This document shows, piece after piece, positions 18,247 to 28,099 of a DNA stretch of 64,000 bases. This stretch comes from Armatimonadota bacterium. GTDB lineage: Bacteria; Armatimonadota; UBA5829; DSUL01. Numbering within the stretch: the stretch's first letter is position 1; each line of letters opens with the position of its first letter. Where the stretch lies: positions 32,001-96,000 of the forward strand of contig JBDHZC010000002.1 of NCBI GenBank assembly GCA_039811685.1, in the 5' to 3' direction. The translations under genes were made by a program, and so were the position numbers. The notes under the pieces are model-generated. The model made no database searches. It was not told where the DNA came from and saw only the letters and a list, made by a program, of their open reading frames with translations.

Positions 18247-19383
18247 TCAACTGGTTCTAATCTGGGGCTTACGCAGGACTTCACGGTACACTTCCGCTGT
18301 CGCCTCCGCCATGCGCCCCGCCGTATAATGAGACAAAAAGCGTTGACGTCCACGCTCGCCCATCTCAACGCGCAAGCTGTCGTCATCCAGCAGCCACATC
18401 AACGCCTGTGCCAGCGCAGCAGAATCCGACGGCGGGACCAGAAAACCTGTTTTTCCCTCCACCACAATCTCCCGCGGCCCACCCGCGTTTGCGGCAACTA
18501 CGGCCTTTCCCATGGCCATCGCCTCTGCCAGCACCAGACCAAAAGGCTCGGCGCGACTCGGCAACACTACGCAGTGCGAAAGCGCCATCAAAGCCAGCGC
18601 ATCGCTTCTAAAACCGGCAAAAACGACGCTGTGGTCAAGCCCTGCTGCAGAGGCCTGCGCCCTCAGAGACTCCATCTGCGACCCATCACCCGCAATCAGG
18701 CAAAGCGCCTCGGGGCGGCGCTGAACAACTTCCCGCATAGCGCCAACCAGACACTCTACGTTCTTCTCCTGCTCCAGGCGCGACACACAGACGACTAGCG
18801 GTCTCTCCGGAGAAAGATCAAACTCCACCCGGATCGCCTCTACAGCTTCGGGAGACGGCGGTTCAGGCTGCGCGATACCGTTCGGGATCGTCCGCACCTT
18901 TGTCTCAGCCAGCTTCTCCCGCTTCAAAAGAGCTTCCCGCACCGCCTCAGAGACACAGATAATCTTGCTGAGGCGGCGGTTCACCCTGCGATGAGCCAAC
19001 CCCATTACTCTTCCAGCCAGTCCTCCGTACAGCGTGTGCGCAGGGTCAATAAAATGCTGGGTCGCCACCGCAGGGACACTGCCAAGCGCCCCCAGCGCCG
19101 CCATAAAAGTGGTTCGACCATTGTGGGCATGGAGAATATCACAGCCAGCGGAATGCGCAAGGCGCATCACCTTCGCTACGTTCCTAGCCTCCGGCAACAC
19201 CATCCGCTCCAGGTCCATCGCACCGGCAGCCTGCCACAGCGGACTCCCCGTACGACACCCGATCACCGCTGTAATCTGCAATCCAGCCAGAGACGCGCCA
19301 AGCGTCAGCACATGCCGTTCCGTCCCGGCCATGTGCGGTGTATCAAGCAGGAGAAGAACGCGCAACCAGCACCTCTTCCTCAC
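18247..19383 (-). CDS. Glycosyltransferase family 4
   Basis: PSRAEPFGLVLAEAMAMGKAVV. Confidence 0.9.
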   Translation of the reverse strand: MRKRCWLRVLLLLDTPHMAGTERHVLTLGASLAGLQITAVIGCRTGSPLWQAAGAMDLERMVLPEARNVAKVMRLAHSAGCDILHAHNGRTTFMAALGALGSVPAVATQHFIDPAHTLYGGLAGRVMGLAHRRVNRRLSKIICVSEAVREALLKREKLAETKVRTIPNGIAQPEPPSPEAVEAIRVEFDLSPERPLVVCVSRLEQEKNVECLVGAMREVVQRRPEALCLIAGDGSQMESLRAQASAAGLDHSVVFAGFRSDALALMALSHCVVLPSRAEPFGLVLAEAMAMGKAVVAANAGGPREIVVEGKTGFLVPPSDSAALAQALMWLLDDDSLRVEMGERGRQRFLSHYTAGRMAEATAEVYREVLRKPQIRTS

Positions 19384-20740
19384 CTGCCGTCGTCGCCAGA
19401 GCTCTCGTCTCGCCGTGTATCAGCCGCCGCCTCGAAGTGGCAATGATGTTGGCCGCCATGCCCACAGCCGCCCAGCCCATAAAGCCGACACCGCGCCTCC
19501 AGTAGACATCCATCATGCCGTGCGTCACGGACACAAGCAAGACAGACATCCCCAGAATGAGAATCTCGTCAGTCAAACGGTCCTTTCCGGCCGTTCGTCT
19601 CGCCAGGACAAACGTCCAGAAACCACCGGCAAACATGGCCACAAACCCAATGGCGCCCAGAATCCCGGTCTCACCCAGAGTCAGAATAAAAACATTGTGC
19701 GGCTCAGCCTGCTTGCGCAGCCCCACACCCACCCCTATGATCGGACTCTTGTGAAAAGCAGCCATTACGTCCTGCATCGTCGCAAAGCGAGTCTGAATGG
19801 TGTGCGCCTTTGCGGAAATGTCGCTCGCGTACTCCGTGGCTTCCTCCGGCAGAGCGTGCCATACCAGCACAGCCGCCGGAATGGCGATGACCAACCCGGA
19901 GACAAAAGCCCGCACCTGCTTCGTCAGGAAAAGTAGCAGAAGACAGCCGGCGGCCGTCGCAATCCAGCCTCCTCGTGAAAGCGAGAGCACAATCCCGACA
20001 ACAGCGGCAAACAGCGTCCCGGCGAGCCACAGCCGCCGTCTCGAAGACGGTTTCTCAAGCAGCAACATCCCCAGAGCAATGACAATTCCGCAACCGTAAG
20101 ACGGGCCCAGCGCATTCTTGTGCAGTCCCAGCGTGTACTCGCTGGCGTGAATACCGCCTGTCAGAAACGCCACCACACTGAATACCGCAAGCACATCAAT
20201 CGCCAGAAGGTAAGCGTTGAAGCAGTTCAACGCTGTCCGTTGCCTCGTGTCTATGTTGGCGTAAATCGCCACCGCAATCAGCGTGGCAACCGTCATTCTG
20301 GCCAGAGAAACCCCGGTCCCCAATCCGTCCCAGGAAACCGTAGAGGACACAATGTCCACACCCAGAAAGACAAAAATCGGGACGGCCGCCGGGCCAAGCG
20401 CAAACGCGCGTCGGCGCATCAAAATAACAGGCAGCGCAAGAGCCAGAATTCCCGCCACTATGTCCACAGCGCTGAAGTGAACCGGCGAGCCTTCACCTCC
20501 CAATGACTGCTGAAAGGGCATCGCCACAAACGCAAGCATCAGAAACAGCGCCGGCCACTGGACAGCCGCCAGCACCAGCAGCAAAACTCCCGCCACTGCG
20601 GCAGAGGCCAGCGCAGAAATCTTGAACAACCACAGGTCAAGCGCCACAACACCCGCAATGACAGCATATACCCACCAGCGCCCAGAGGCGATCTCGTGGC
20701 TGGTCCGGCTCCATCGTTTCTGAACTGCGGCCTGACTCAA
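19343..20740 (-). CDS. O-antigen ligase/polymerase (Wzy_C/WaaL-like) membrane protein
   Basis: Multi-TM; SLSRGGW; GVG...PHNVFILTLGETGILG. Confidence 0.85.
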   Translation of the reverse strand: MSQAAVQKRWSRTSHEIASGRWWVYAVIAGVVALDLWLFKISALASAAVAGVLLLVLAAVQWPALFLMLAFVAMPFQQSLGGEGSPVHFSAVDIVAGILALALPVILMRRRAFALGPAAVPIFVFLGVDIVSSTVSWDGLGTGVSLARMTVATLIAVAIYANIDTRQRTALNCFNAYLLAIDVLAVFSVVAFLTGGIHASEYTLGLHKNALGPSYGCGIVIALGMLLLEKPSSRRRLWLAGTLFAAVVGIVLSLSRGGWIATAAGCLLLLFLTKQVRAFVSGLVIAIPAAVLVWHALPEEATEYASDISAKAHTIQTRFATMQDVMAAFHKSPIIGVGVGLRKQAEPHNVFILTLGETGILGAIGFVAMFAGGFWTFVLARRTAGKDRLTDEILILGMSVLLVSVTHGMMDVYWRRGVGFMGWAAVGMAANIIATSRRRLIHGETRALATTAGEEEVLVARSSPA

Positions 20741-20741
20741 T

Positions 20742-21701
20742 TCAGGCTACCTCTCTCAAGCCCGGCCCGCGGAAGCCCACGGTCCACAGCAGGATACGCC
20801 ACCACGTAAGAGCGTCACGTCCCGCTTTGCGTCCGCCGGCCCCGCGAGACACGCGCAGGACACTGTAGCAGAGGATTCGCACCAGAGCGCCAAATGCCGT
20901 AGCGCAGCGAAAAACCAGCAAACCCGGCAAACCGTGATGCTTTCTGATGTACAGATCCTGCGCGCGCCGGAACTCGCAGAAGGTCCGGTCACTCTGGAAG
21001 CTGCCACTTACTCCACCGAGATGCGTCACCTGACTCTCGGGAACAAACACTACCTTCCAGCCCACCCGCCGCAACCGATAGCAAAGGTCTGTCTCCTCCG
21101 CGTACATGAAAAAGCGCTCGTCGAACAATCCAACTTCCTGCAACGCCTCAGCGCGAACCAGAAGACACGCGCCGATAGCAAAGTCTACCTCCCGAACCTC
21201 GTCATGCGGCCAGGAGCGGTAGTCACCAACCAGCGGATGATTCGGAAAAGCCGCAGTAAGCAGCAGATGCTCAAACACCGCCCTCATCGGTGAAGGGAAG
21301 CGGTAGCACGACTGCTGCAGTGTTCCGTCAGCGTTCATGAGCCTGGGTCCGACAACGGCAACATCGGGGTGTGAGTCCAGATAGTCCACAAGCTGTCTTA
21401 CCGCCCCGGGCTGTACAAAGGCATCGGAGTTCAAGAGGAGCAGATAGTTGCCCCTGGCCTGCCGGATGGCCTGATTGTTGGCCGCGCCAAAACCCACGTT
21501 GTGCTCGTTAGCAATCACGTGAGCCTCCGGGAACGCCTCCCGCACAGCCTCCGCGCTCCCATCCGTCGAAGCGTTATCCACCACCCACAGCTCCCACGGC
21601 ATCTCCTTCATATCATCGGAGAGAGTGCGCAGGCACTCCAGCGTCATCTCCCGCGTGTTGTAGCTGACCACGACTACTGACACTTGCGGACCCGCGGACA
21701 T
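20742..21701 (-). CDS. Glycosyltransferase family 2 (WbbL/rhamnosyltransferase-like)
   Basis: VVDNASTDGS, GFGAANNQA, LLNSD, FDERFFMYAEETD. Confidence 0.9.
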   Translation of the reverse strand: MSAGPQVSVVVVSYNTREMTLECLRTLSDDMKEMPWELWVVDNASTDGSAEAVREAFPEAHVIANEHNVGFGAANNQAIRQARGNYLLLLNSDAFVQPGAVRQLVDYLDSHPDVAVVGPRLMNADGTLQQSCYRFPSPMRAVFEHLLLTAAFPNHPLVGDYRSWPHDEVREVDFAIGACLLVRAEALQEVGLFDERFFMYAEETDLCYRLRRVGWKVVFVPESQVTHLGGVSGSFQSDRTFCEFRRAQDLYIRKHHGLPGLLVFRCATAFGALVRILCYSVLRVSRGAGGRKAGRDALTWWRILLWTVGFRGPGLREVA

Positions 21702-21703
21702 TT

Positions 21704-22255
21704 TCAGTCCCTCATCCGAATTACGCGCGCTGGTACCCCCACGGCGATAGCATTCGCGGGGATATCTCGCGTAACCACCGCATTTGCCCCAATAACAGCG
21801 TTATCTCCTATAGTGACGCCTTTCAGCACTGTTGCCTTGGACCCGAGCCAGACATTTCGGCCAATCCGTACCGGCGCCACCACCGCACCCTGTTCACGAA
21901 AAGGTATCGTGAGATCGTCGCATCTATGGTCATGATCTCGAATGGACACCAGCTCTGCAATCAGGCAGTCTTCCCCGATGATCAGTGACTCACGAACCGC
22001 AAGCGTACAGTGGTGACCAAAGATGGTTCGCGGCCCAATATCCAGCGAGCCATAACACTCAATAGTCATTGCGCGGTCCACAATACACCCCGGACCAAAC
22101 CTGATATTGGCTCCTGGGAAAACGTCCAGATCGAACTGTGCACGGATGTCACACTTTGAACCAAATCTGGCGCTTGGGTGCGTGGCGCGTACAGCCAACA
22201 GCCTGAGCCGACGGTGCAGTCCGCCAAGGATTCGCTTGAGCCAGCTAGACGTCAC
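21704..22255 (-). CDS. Hexapeptide-repeat O-acyltransferase
   Basis: IGRNVWLG..VLKGVTIGDNAVIGANAVVT..GVPARV; GTG start inferred. Confidence 0.9.
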   Translation of the reverse strand: MTSSWLKRILGGLHRRLRLLAVRATHPSARFGSKCDIRAQFDLDVFPGANIRFGPGCIVDRAMTIECYGSLDIGPRTIFGHHCTLAVRESLIIGEDCLIAELVSIRDHDHRCDDLTIPFREQGAVVAPVRIGRNVWLGSKATVLKGVTIGDNAVIGANAVVTRDIPANAIAVGVPARVIRMRD

Positions 22256-23474
22256 TCTGGGCGTTCGCCTCCTCACGCGGAGCGGTGCATCCGGATTCAC
22301 CCTTCTTATCCGCGTGATCATACCGCTGCAGGCACCTTGCAATGACTTCTTCGATGTTATCCACACGGGACTCCCAGGAATGCTCCGTCGCAATAGCCCT
22401 CCGCGCAGGCGCCAGAGCGCCATCCTCCGCCAGCGCCGCCCGGACTGCCTGCATGAAGCTCTCCGCGTCTCTGGCTATCTTCACCAGATCGGGATAATCC
22501 CGAAAGCCGGCCACATCCGTAGCCACAATCGGCTTCCCCGCGGCCAGATACTCCCACAGCTTGATAGGGTTGAGGCTCTCCGTAAACGGCGTCATTTGGT
22601 GAGGCGTTATGCACACGTCAAAGGCCCGCATGTAGTCCGGTATCTCAGCATAGGCTACGGGGCCGGTGAATACAATGTTCCCGCATGCGTTCAGGCGCTC
22701 GGCGGCGGCTTCTGGCAGCATGTTCGGTCCCACCAGGGCAACTGTTCCGCCCGGGAAGCTGCGCGCCAGCGCTTCGATCAGGTCAACGTCCACGCGTTCC
22801 GGATGGATCGTGCCCGTGTAGCCCAGAACGGGCTTCCGCCACGTCTGCGCCGTCGCTGGTAATGGTCCGTCTTCGAGGACTGAAGCGTAATGTGCGGCGT
22901 CCACTCCGTTCGGTATCAGGTGCAGGTTTGTCGTAAGATTACGCTTTATCTTATACAGATGCTCAGAGCAGACGATGACGGCATCCGCCTTCCGGCAAAG
23001 CGCCTCATCCTGAGAACGTGTCAACTCACGGAGCCAGGGCTGCTGTGTCGAGCTAATCCAGTCGTCCGTGATGTCGTAGATAACGCAGCGCTCACCCATC
23101 CGCCCGGCCATGTGCACGGCTGAATGAGGGTTCAACCAGAGGATGGGATTCGTCATGCCCATTGCGGCCGCTGTTCGCCGGATGTGCCGTCGCGCCAGAG
23201 CGTCATTCATCCTTCGCCCCGCAGCCAGAGTGTTTGGAAAGAGCTTTGGCGGGCGCGTAAATTGAATGTTCGGTAGACCGGGAACCGCCTCCGGCGCACC
23301 CTCGGCCAGGGCTCCAAAGTTTCCTGTCCGCAGTCCGTGGGAGAAGTCTCTGGACAGCCCCACAAACAGAATCTTGGTCTCCGGATGCCGCCGCGCCAGC
23401 TCCGCCACCACGAACTGATTGCGCCGCCAGACCTCGTCCCAGTTTTCCATAGAGACGAAGATCAGGTCAGGCAC
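22245..23474 (-). CDS. Glycosyltransferase (GT4/TuaH-like)
   Basis: YDITDDW, IPNGVD, NPIKLWEYLAAGKPIV. Confidence 0.85.
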   Translation of the reverse strand: MPDLIFVSMENWDEVWRRNQFVVAELARRHPETKILFVGLSRDFSHGLRTGNFGALAEGAPEAVPGLPNIQFTRPPKLFPNTLAAGRRMNDALARRHIRRTAAAMGMTNPILWLNPHSAVHMAGRMGERCVIYDITDDWISSTQQPWLRELTRSQDEALCRKADAVIVCSEHLYKIKRNLTTNLHLIPNGVDAAHYASVLEDGPLPATAQTWRKPVLGYTGTIHPERVDVDLIEALARSFPGGTVALVGPNMLPEAAAERLNACGNIVFTGPVAYAEIPDYMRAFDVCITPHQMTPFTESLNPIKLWEYLAAGKPIVATDVAGFRDYPDLVKIARDAESFMQAVRAALAEDGALAPARRAIATEHSWESRVDNIEEVIARCLQRYDHADKKGESGCTAPREEANAQSDV

Positions 23475-24615
23475 GGTTTTGCCCCAACGCTTCCTGGTAC
23501 ACCTCCAGGTACTGTTCGGTGATGGTGTCCCAGGAGAAAAGTCGCGCGCGCTCACGGCCTGCCGCTCCCATCCTCTCCCGCAGAGGCTCATCATTCGCCA
23601 GCTTACTCATCGCACCCGCGAGAGCCTTTTCGTCTTCCCGCGGAACGACGAGGCCGGTTTCGCCGTCCAGGACTACTTCCGGAACACCGCCGACTCGCGT
23701 AGCGACCACGGCTTTCCCCGCCGCCATCGCTTCCAGGTTCACTATGCCAAACGGCTCGTGGCGGGATGGCAACACAAAAAAATGACAGCCCTTGAACAAG
23801 GCGGCAGCCTGTGTCCGGTCAGCGCGTCCGAAAAGCAGCACACGCTCCGAAATACCGAGCTCCTGCGCCAGCGACCGCAAACGCTCGATCTCCGGCCCTT
23901 CCCCTGCAATGACCAGATCAATCCCCGCCAGGTCTGCGCTGGAAAATGCTCGCATCAGCACGTCAAATCCTTTTTGCGGCACAAGGCGCCCGATGCCCAG
24001 AACGTAAGGGCGCGGGTGTGAAAACTCCGTCACGCTCTCAAAATCCGCCGCTGTCACGCCGTTGTAGACGACGCGCCACTGCCCACGCGCCCTAGGCGGC
24101 CGCCGCTCTCGCAGCTCGGCAAGCGTCTGTTCAGAGCACCCCGTTACGAAATCAGCATCGCACAGCAGGCGAGGCAGAAAGGCGTTCATAAACGTCCTGC
24201 GCTGATAGATGTGGGCCGCGTCCATAGTCAGCTCGCCCTGGGCTGTGGCGACCAGCGGAAGCCGCAGCGCTTGCGCCGCCAGCCACGCGTAGTAGCCATT
24301 TGTGCTGATGCACTGGACGTGAAGCAGATCCACCTGATGCTGGCGCAGGATCTCCAGCATTCGCCTGCGAATGCCGCCGCCTGTGAGCCTGTAGCTGACG
24401 TGCGCTTTCAGGCTGCCTTCGGGGACACGCATCGGCAGGCGATAAAGAGGCAACCCCTCAAACTCCTCGTACTCCGGCAGGCTTCGCGGCCAGCGATTGG
24501 TCAGAATGATGACGCGATGGCCGCGCTCTGTCAGGCTGTGGGCAAGCTGGCGCGAGAGCTCCTCGACTCCTCCAACATGTGGATAGAAAGCACTGGCGAA
24601 AAGGGCGATGTTCAT
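23467..24615 (-). CDS. Glycosyltransferase family 4
   Basis: YPHVGGVE, GRLVPQKGFD, EPFGIVNLEAMAAG. Confidence 0.9.
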   Translation of the reverse strand: MNIALFASAFYPHVGGVEELSRQLAHSLTERGHRVIILTNRWPRSLPEYEEFEGLPLYRLPMRVPEGSLKAHVSYRLTGGGIRRRMLEILRQHQVDLLHVQCISTNGYYAWLAAQALRLPLVATAQGELTMDAAHIYQRRTFMNAFLPRLLCDADFVTGCSEQTLAELRERRPPRARGQWRVVYNGVTAADFESVTEFSHPRPYVLGIGRLVPQKGFDVLMRAFSSADLAGIDLVIAGEGPEIERLRSLAQELGISERVLLFGRADRTQAAALFKGCHFFVLPSRHEPFGIVNLEAMAAGKAVVATRVGGVPEVVLDGETGLVVPREDEKALAGAMSKLANDEPLRERMGAAGRERARLFSWDTITEQYLEVYQEALGQNRA

Positions 24616-26198
24616 TCGTTGGCCTCTGTGGGCCGGGTAGATACGTAAACGCGGCCGACCACGCCCAAGGCGCCTGCTGTAACGCCAGGCTGTGATGCGG
24701 GCCGCGAAGAGACGGGGCCTGTAAGAACTGATATAGGGGCTGCCGTTCTCAGGTGACGATAAGACGCCACATAGTCACGAGTAGCTGGCGCGCCGGGCCG
24801 CATATTGTAGGCGCAGAACCAAGACCAACCTGCATAAATAGTATCAGCGGGCTGCCCTTGCCCGACAACGCCCTGAGCCACGTCAAACTGAGCTGCGTTC
24901 AGGCGTCGGTCAGCCGTTGTGAAGAGAAGACTTGCTGTAGATAACGCGACGAGAAGCAGTACGCCCACCCCCGGCCACAGTCCAAATTTGAATGAGCTGT
25001 GATACCCTGTCAAGACAATAAGCGCCACGATCGCGGGTAGAGCGTGACGCGCTACCGGGTGCTGCATCACTGGCAACACGAGGAGAGACGAAACCGCGAT
25101 AGTCGCCAGTATCTGTTCTGTGGAAGTCACCATTCCGGGCAGGTAATCGCGAAGCCAGCGAAAACCCAACACTGCGCCAGTTGGCGCAAGCAGCAGCAGT
25201 GGAGCGGCCAGCAGACGCTGGTGGAACGCGACGATTGCAGGCCCCGTCAACGTAGGCAGATGGCCGCGCGTCCAAAAGTAAGCTGTGAGTCCTAGGACGG
25301 CCACGGCGACTACGGCATCCACCACCGGCGCTTTCCGTACCGACTTTTTCCAGGTCAGTAGCAGCGCCGGAGTTAGCGCAGCGGCGGTCAACAGACTAAT
25401 CACACAGAAAGCGCGCAAATCGAGCCGTTCCCATTGGTGCTCTGCCAACACTTCCCGCGCGACTGTAAGCTCGAGCGCGCTGAAGCGGTTCACACTCATC
25501 TTGCCTACGACCAGAAAACTGAACCCTGCGGTGATGACGGACAGGACAAGACACTTGATGGCAAAAGTGCGATCCGCTGAGGTCAGGAACACAGAGCGCA
25601 AGGCAAACACGGCGATAATGACGAGCGCAAAGGATCTAGTGAGCACCGCAAGCAGTAACAACGCCACCCAGCAGACCCACAAGAGTGCTATTGCCCAACG
25701 CCCACCGGATTCGTGCGTCTCCTCCAATGTGCGATGGACCACCAGAAACCAGACAAGATAGAGGATATACGGAATGTCCGTCATAAAAGCCGGAGCACTC
25801 AGCGGGAACTCCTCAAAGCAGAACACGCTCGCGCACAGCGCCACCGCCAGCCAAGGCCGCACGCGCCCAACCAGCAGTAGATACAGACCGCCCATCAAGA
25901 GCACGCTATAAAACGCACCCAGACAGCTTAGCGACAGTGTGGTGGTACCGAACACGTGCGCCCAGGGCACAGCCAGGGCGAGTACGCCAATAAACGTTGG
26001 CTGGGACCAACGCATGTAGTCCACAACACCCGTGCCCAGAAAGTGCCGCAGCATGTTCTCGTAACCGCCTGCGTCCGACCAGGGTGTTGGTGTATCCACG
26101 GCCAGCCAGAAAAAACAGAGCGCTGAAGCCACAAGCAGGAAGGCCAGCGGATCGGCCGTACGGGCGGGGGACGGACGGCTGATAGTCAGGCTATCCAT
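24612..26198 (-). CDS. GT-C fold (ArnT/GT39-like) membrane glycosyltransferase
   Basis: About 12 TM helices; N-terminal PWSD..Y loop; FMTDIPY. Confidence 0.55.
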   Translation of the reverse strand: MDSLTISRPSPARTADPLAFLLVASALCFFWLAVDTPTPWSDAGGYENMLRHFLGTGVVDYMRWSQPTFIGVLALAVPWAHVFGTTTLSLSCLGAFYSVLLMGGLYLLLVGRVRPWLAVALCASVFCFEEFPLSAPAFMTDIPYILYLVWFLVVHRTLEETHESGGRWAIALLWVCWVALLLLAVLTRSFALVIIAVFALRSVFLTSADRTFAIKCLVLSVITAGFSFLVVGKMSVNRFSALELTVAREVLAEHQWERLDLRAFCVISLLTAAALTPALLLTWKKSVRKAPVVDAVVAVAVLGLTAYFWTRGHLPTLTGPAIVAFHQRLLAAPLLLLAPTGAVLGFRWLRDYLPGMVTSTEQILATIAVSSLLVLPVMQHPVARHALPAIVALIVLTGYHSSFKFGLWPGVGVLLLVALSTASLLFTTADRRLNAAQFDVAQGVVGQGQPADTIYAGWSWFCAYNMRPGAPATRDYVASYRHLRTAAPISVLTGPVSSRPASQPGVTAGALGVVGRVYVSTRPTEANE

Positions 26199-27150
26199 CC
26201 TCACTCCAGAGGATACCACGCAATTTCGCCAGCCCCTGCTTTTCATAGTTTCGCGGACGCCGCATTTCAACGAGCGTCTGCGCGCTGAGGCCGTACTTGT
26301 AATGTGCCCGCAAAGCGGGTGCCGCACTACTGTAACGCCCTCCCGGCATACATAGCAGCGCTTTTCGCAATGCCGCAAGCGCCAGGTACTTCGCGCATCT
26401 AAACCGATTTTCGCTATGCCACCAGTGATAAGCGATGTACGCATCCGCCCGACCAGCGTCCGTAGCCCGCTTGACAAAAGAAGCAGGTGTCAGCCGCGAG
26501 CCGTCAAAATGATGCTCAACGGCGACTACCAACCGCTTTTGAATGGTATGGCCTGCCGCCGACAGTTGTGCGGCAAACAATGTTTCGTCTCCAAACCCAA
26601 TGGCCCCCGGCCCCAGCTCGACATCAAACCAGGGTACTTTCTGTCGCACGTGACGTCCAAAAGCCATATTCGCGCCGACCAGCGTCACTGCGGCGGGATT
26701 TACCAGATGCTCTGTCGAAGCTAACCATACACGGTGTGTCAGCTCCATCCACGGCTGTACCAAATCCGGTGCTAACTGCACGCCTCCAGCTACGGCGTCA
26801 GCTTCGCCTGCAAGGATCGGCCGGCACATGCCTTCTATCCAGTCTTCGGGTACGCGCACGTCGTCATCTGTGAAGATAAAGACGTCGCCGCTGGCTTCAC
26901 TCATTCCTGTGTTGTAGGCATATCCTTTGCCTTTCCTCGGCTCAGAGATGTAGCGCACCGGCATGTTCTGGAGGTCTGACTCCTCTGTAATCTGTCGCGT
27001 GTGGTCCGTGCTGCCGTTATCCACTACCAGAAGCTCAGCGGGAAGATCGGACGGGACAAGGACACGGCCTACCGAAGCCAGCGTCTCTCGCAAGCTGTCG
27101 GCTCTATTGCGGGTGCAGATGATGATGCTGACAACGGGCTCAGGCCACAT
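26191..27150 (-). CDS. Glycosyltransferase family 2
   Basis: IIICTRNR, VVDNGSTD, FTDDD, GANMAF. Confidence 0.9.
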   Translation of the reverse strand: MWPEPVVSIIICTRNRADSLRETLASVGRVLVPSDLPAELLVVDNGSTDHTRQITEESDLQNMPVRYISEPRKGKGYAYNTGMSEASGDVFIFTDDDVRVPEDWIEGMCRPILAGEADAVAGGVQLAPDLVQPWMELTHRVWLASTEHLVNPAAVTLVGANMAFGRHVRQKVPWFDVELGPGAIGFGDETLFAAQLSAAGHTIQKRLVVAVEHHFDGSRLTPASFVKRATDAGRADAYIAYHWWHSENRFRCAKYLALAALRKALLCMPGGRYSSAAPALRAHYKYGLSAQTLVEMRRPRNYEKQGLAKLRGILWSEDG

Positions 27151-28099
27151 CGGCGAGCTGCTCCAAACCCATGCGGGCATAGCGGCGTGGCCGCATCCGC
27201 TCTTTGATGAAGGCGCGGTAAAAGGCTATCTCTTGTACACGGCCCAACTCCCACTCCGCCGCCCCTTCACGGCGCAGGACGTCAGTCGGTCTGCGGAGGC
27301 GCTCTAGCCACAGACGCGCTACCGCACGCGGTAGGTACTGTGCTGCCCTCGGGCTATCCAGGTGCCGCCAGTGGTAGTTCAGATACGCAGTTGATCTTCC
27401 AAAGCTCTCAGCTGTTTTCATCAGGCTTCGACGCAGCAGGCGAGAAGGGTCCATGTGGTGCTCAACACACACGTTGAGGGCTCCCGCAAGGCGATAGCCC
27501 GCCGCCTTTAGCTGCCAGGAAAAGAGGGTCTCTTCACCGAACCCGACACCACCCGCGCCGAGCGCCGAATCAAAAACGGGCACGCGCGCCCGTATACGGC
27601 TGTGGAAGGCCATGTTCGCCCCCACCATGTCATCTGGCTCGCTAGGGTCGAGCCGCTCCGTACACGCGTACCAGCTCCTGTGCCAGGGAGTCATCCACTT
27701 TCGTTCGAGGTGCGGCGCCAGGCGTACGCCTCCAGCTACGGCGTCTGCTTCACCTGCAAGGACGGGTCGGCACATGCCTTCTATCCAGTCCACAGGTACG
27801 CGCACGTCATCATCGGTGAAAAGAAAGACATCACCTTTTGCTTCAGCCAGCGCCCTGTTGCGCGCCCGGCTCAGACCAAGCGCCGGTTCGTAGATGTAGC
27901 GCACAGGCATGGCTCGGATAGGTGCCTGCTCAACAACCGCCTTTGTGTCGTCAAAGCTCCCATTATCTACAACGAGCAATTCTGCTTTTAGCCCGGCGGG
28001 TATATCCGCCTTCGACACTGAAATGAGTGTTTCGCGCAGCGCTGGGGCACGGTTACGCGTGCAGATAATGATGGAGATATCGCTTGCTGGTGTCGACAT
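27140..28099 (-). CDS. Glycosyltransferase family 2 (paralog of adjacent gene)
   Basis: IIICTRNR, VVDNGS, FTDDD, GANMAF. Confidence 0.9.
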   Translation of the reverse strand: MSTPASDISIIICTRNRAPALRETLISVSKADIPAGLKAELLVVDNGSFDDTKAVVEQAPIRAMPVRYIYEPALGLSRARNRALAEAKGDVFLFTDDDVRVPVDWIEGMCRPVLAGEADAVAGGVRLAPHLERKWMTPWHRSWYACTERLDPSEPDDMVGANMAFHSRIRARVPVFDSALGAGGVGFGEETLFSWQLKAAGYRLAGALNVCVEHHMDPSRLLRRSLMKTAESFGRSTAYLNYHWRHLDSPRAAQYLPRAVARLWLERLRRPTDVLRREGAAEWELGRVQEIAFYRAFIKERMRPRRYARMGLEQLADVA

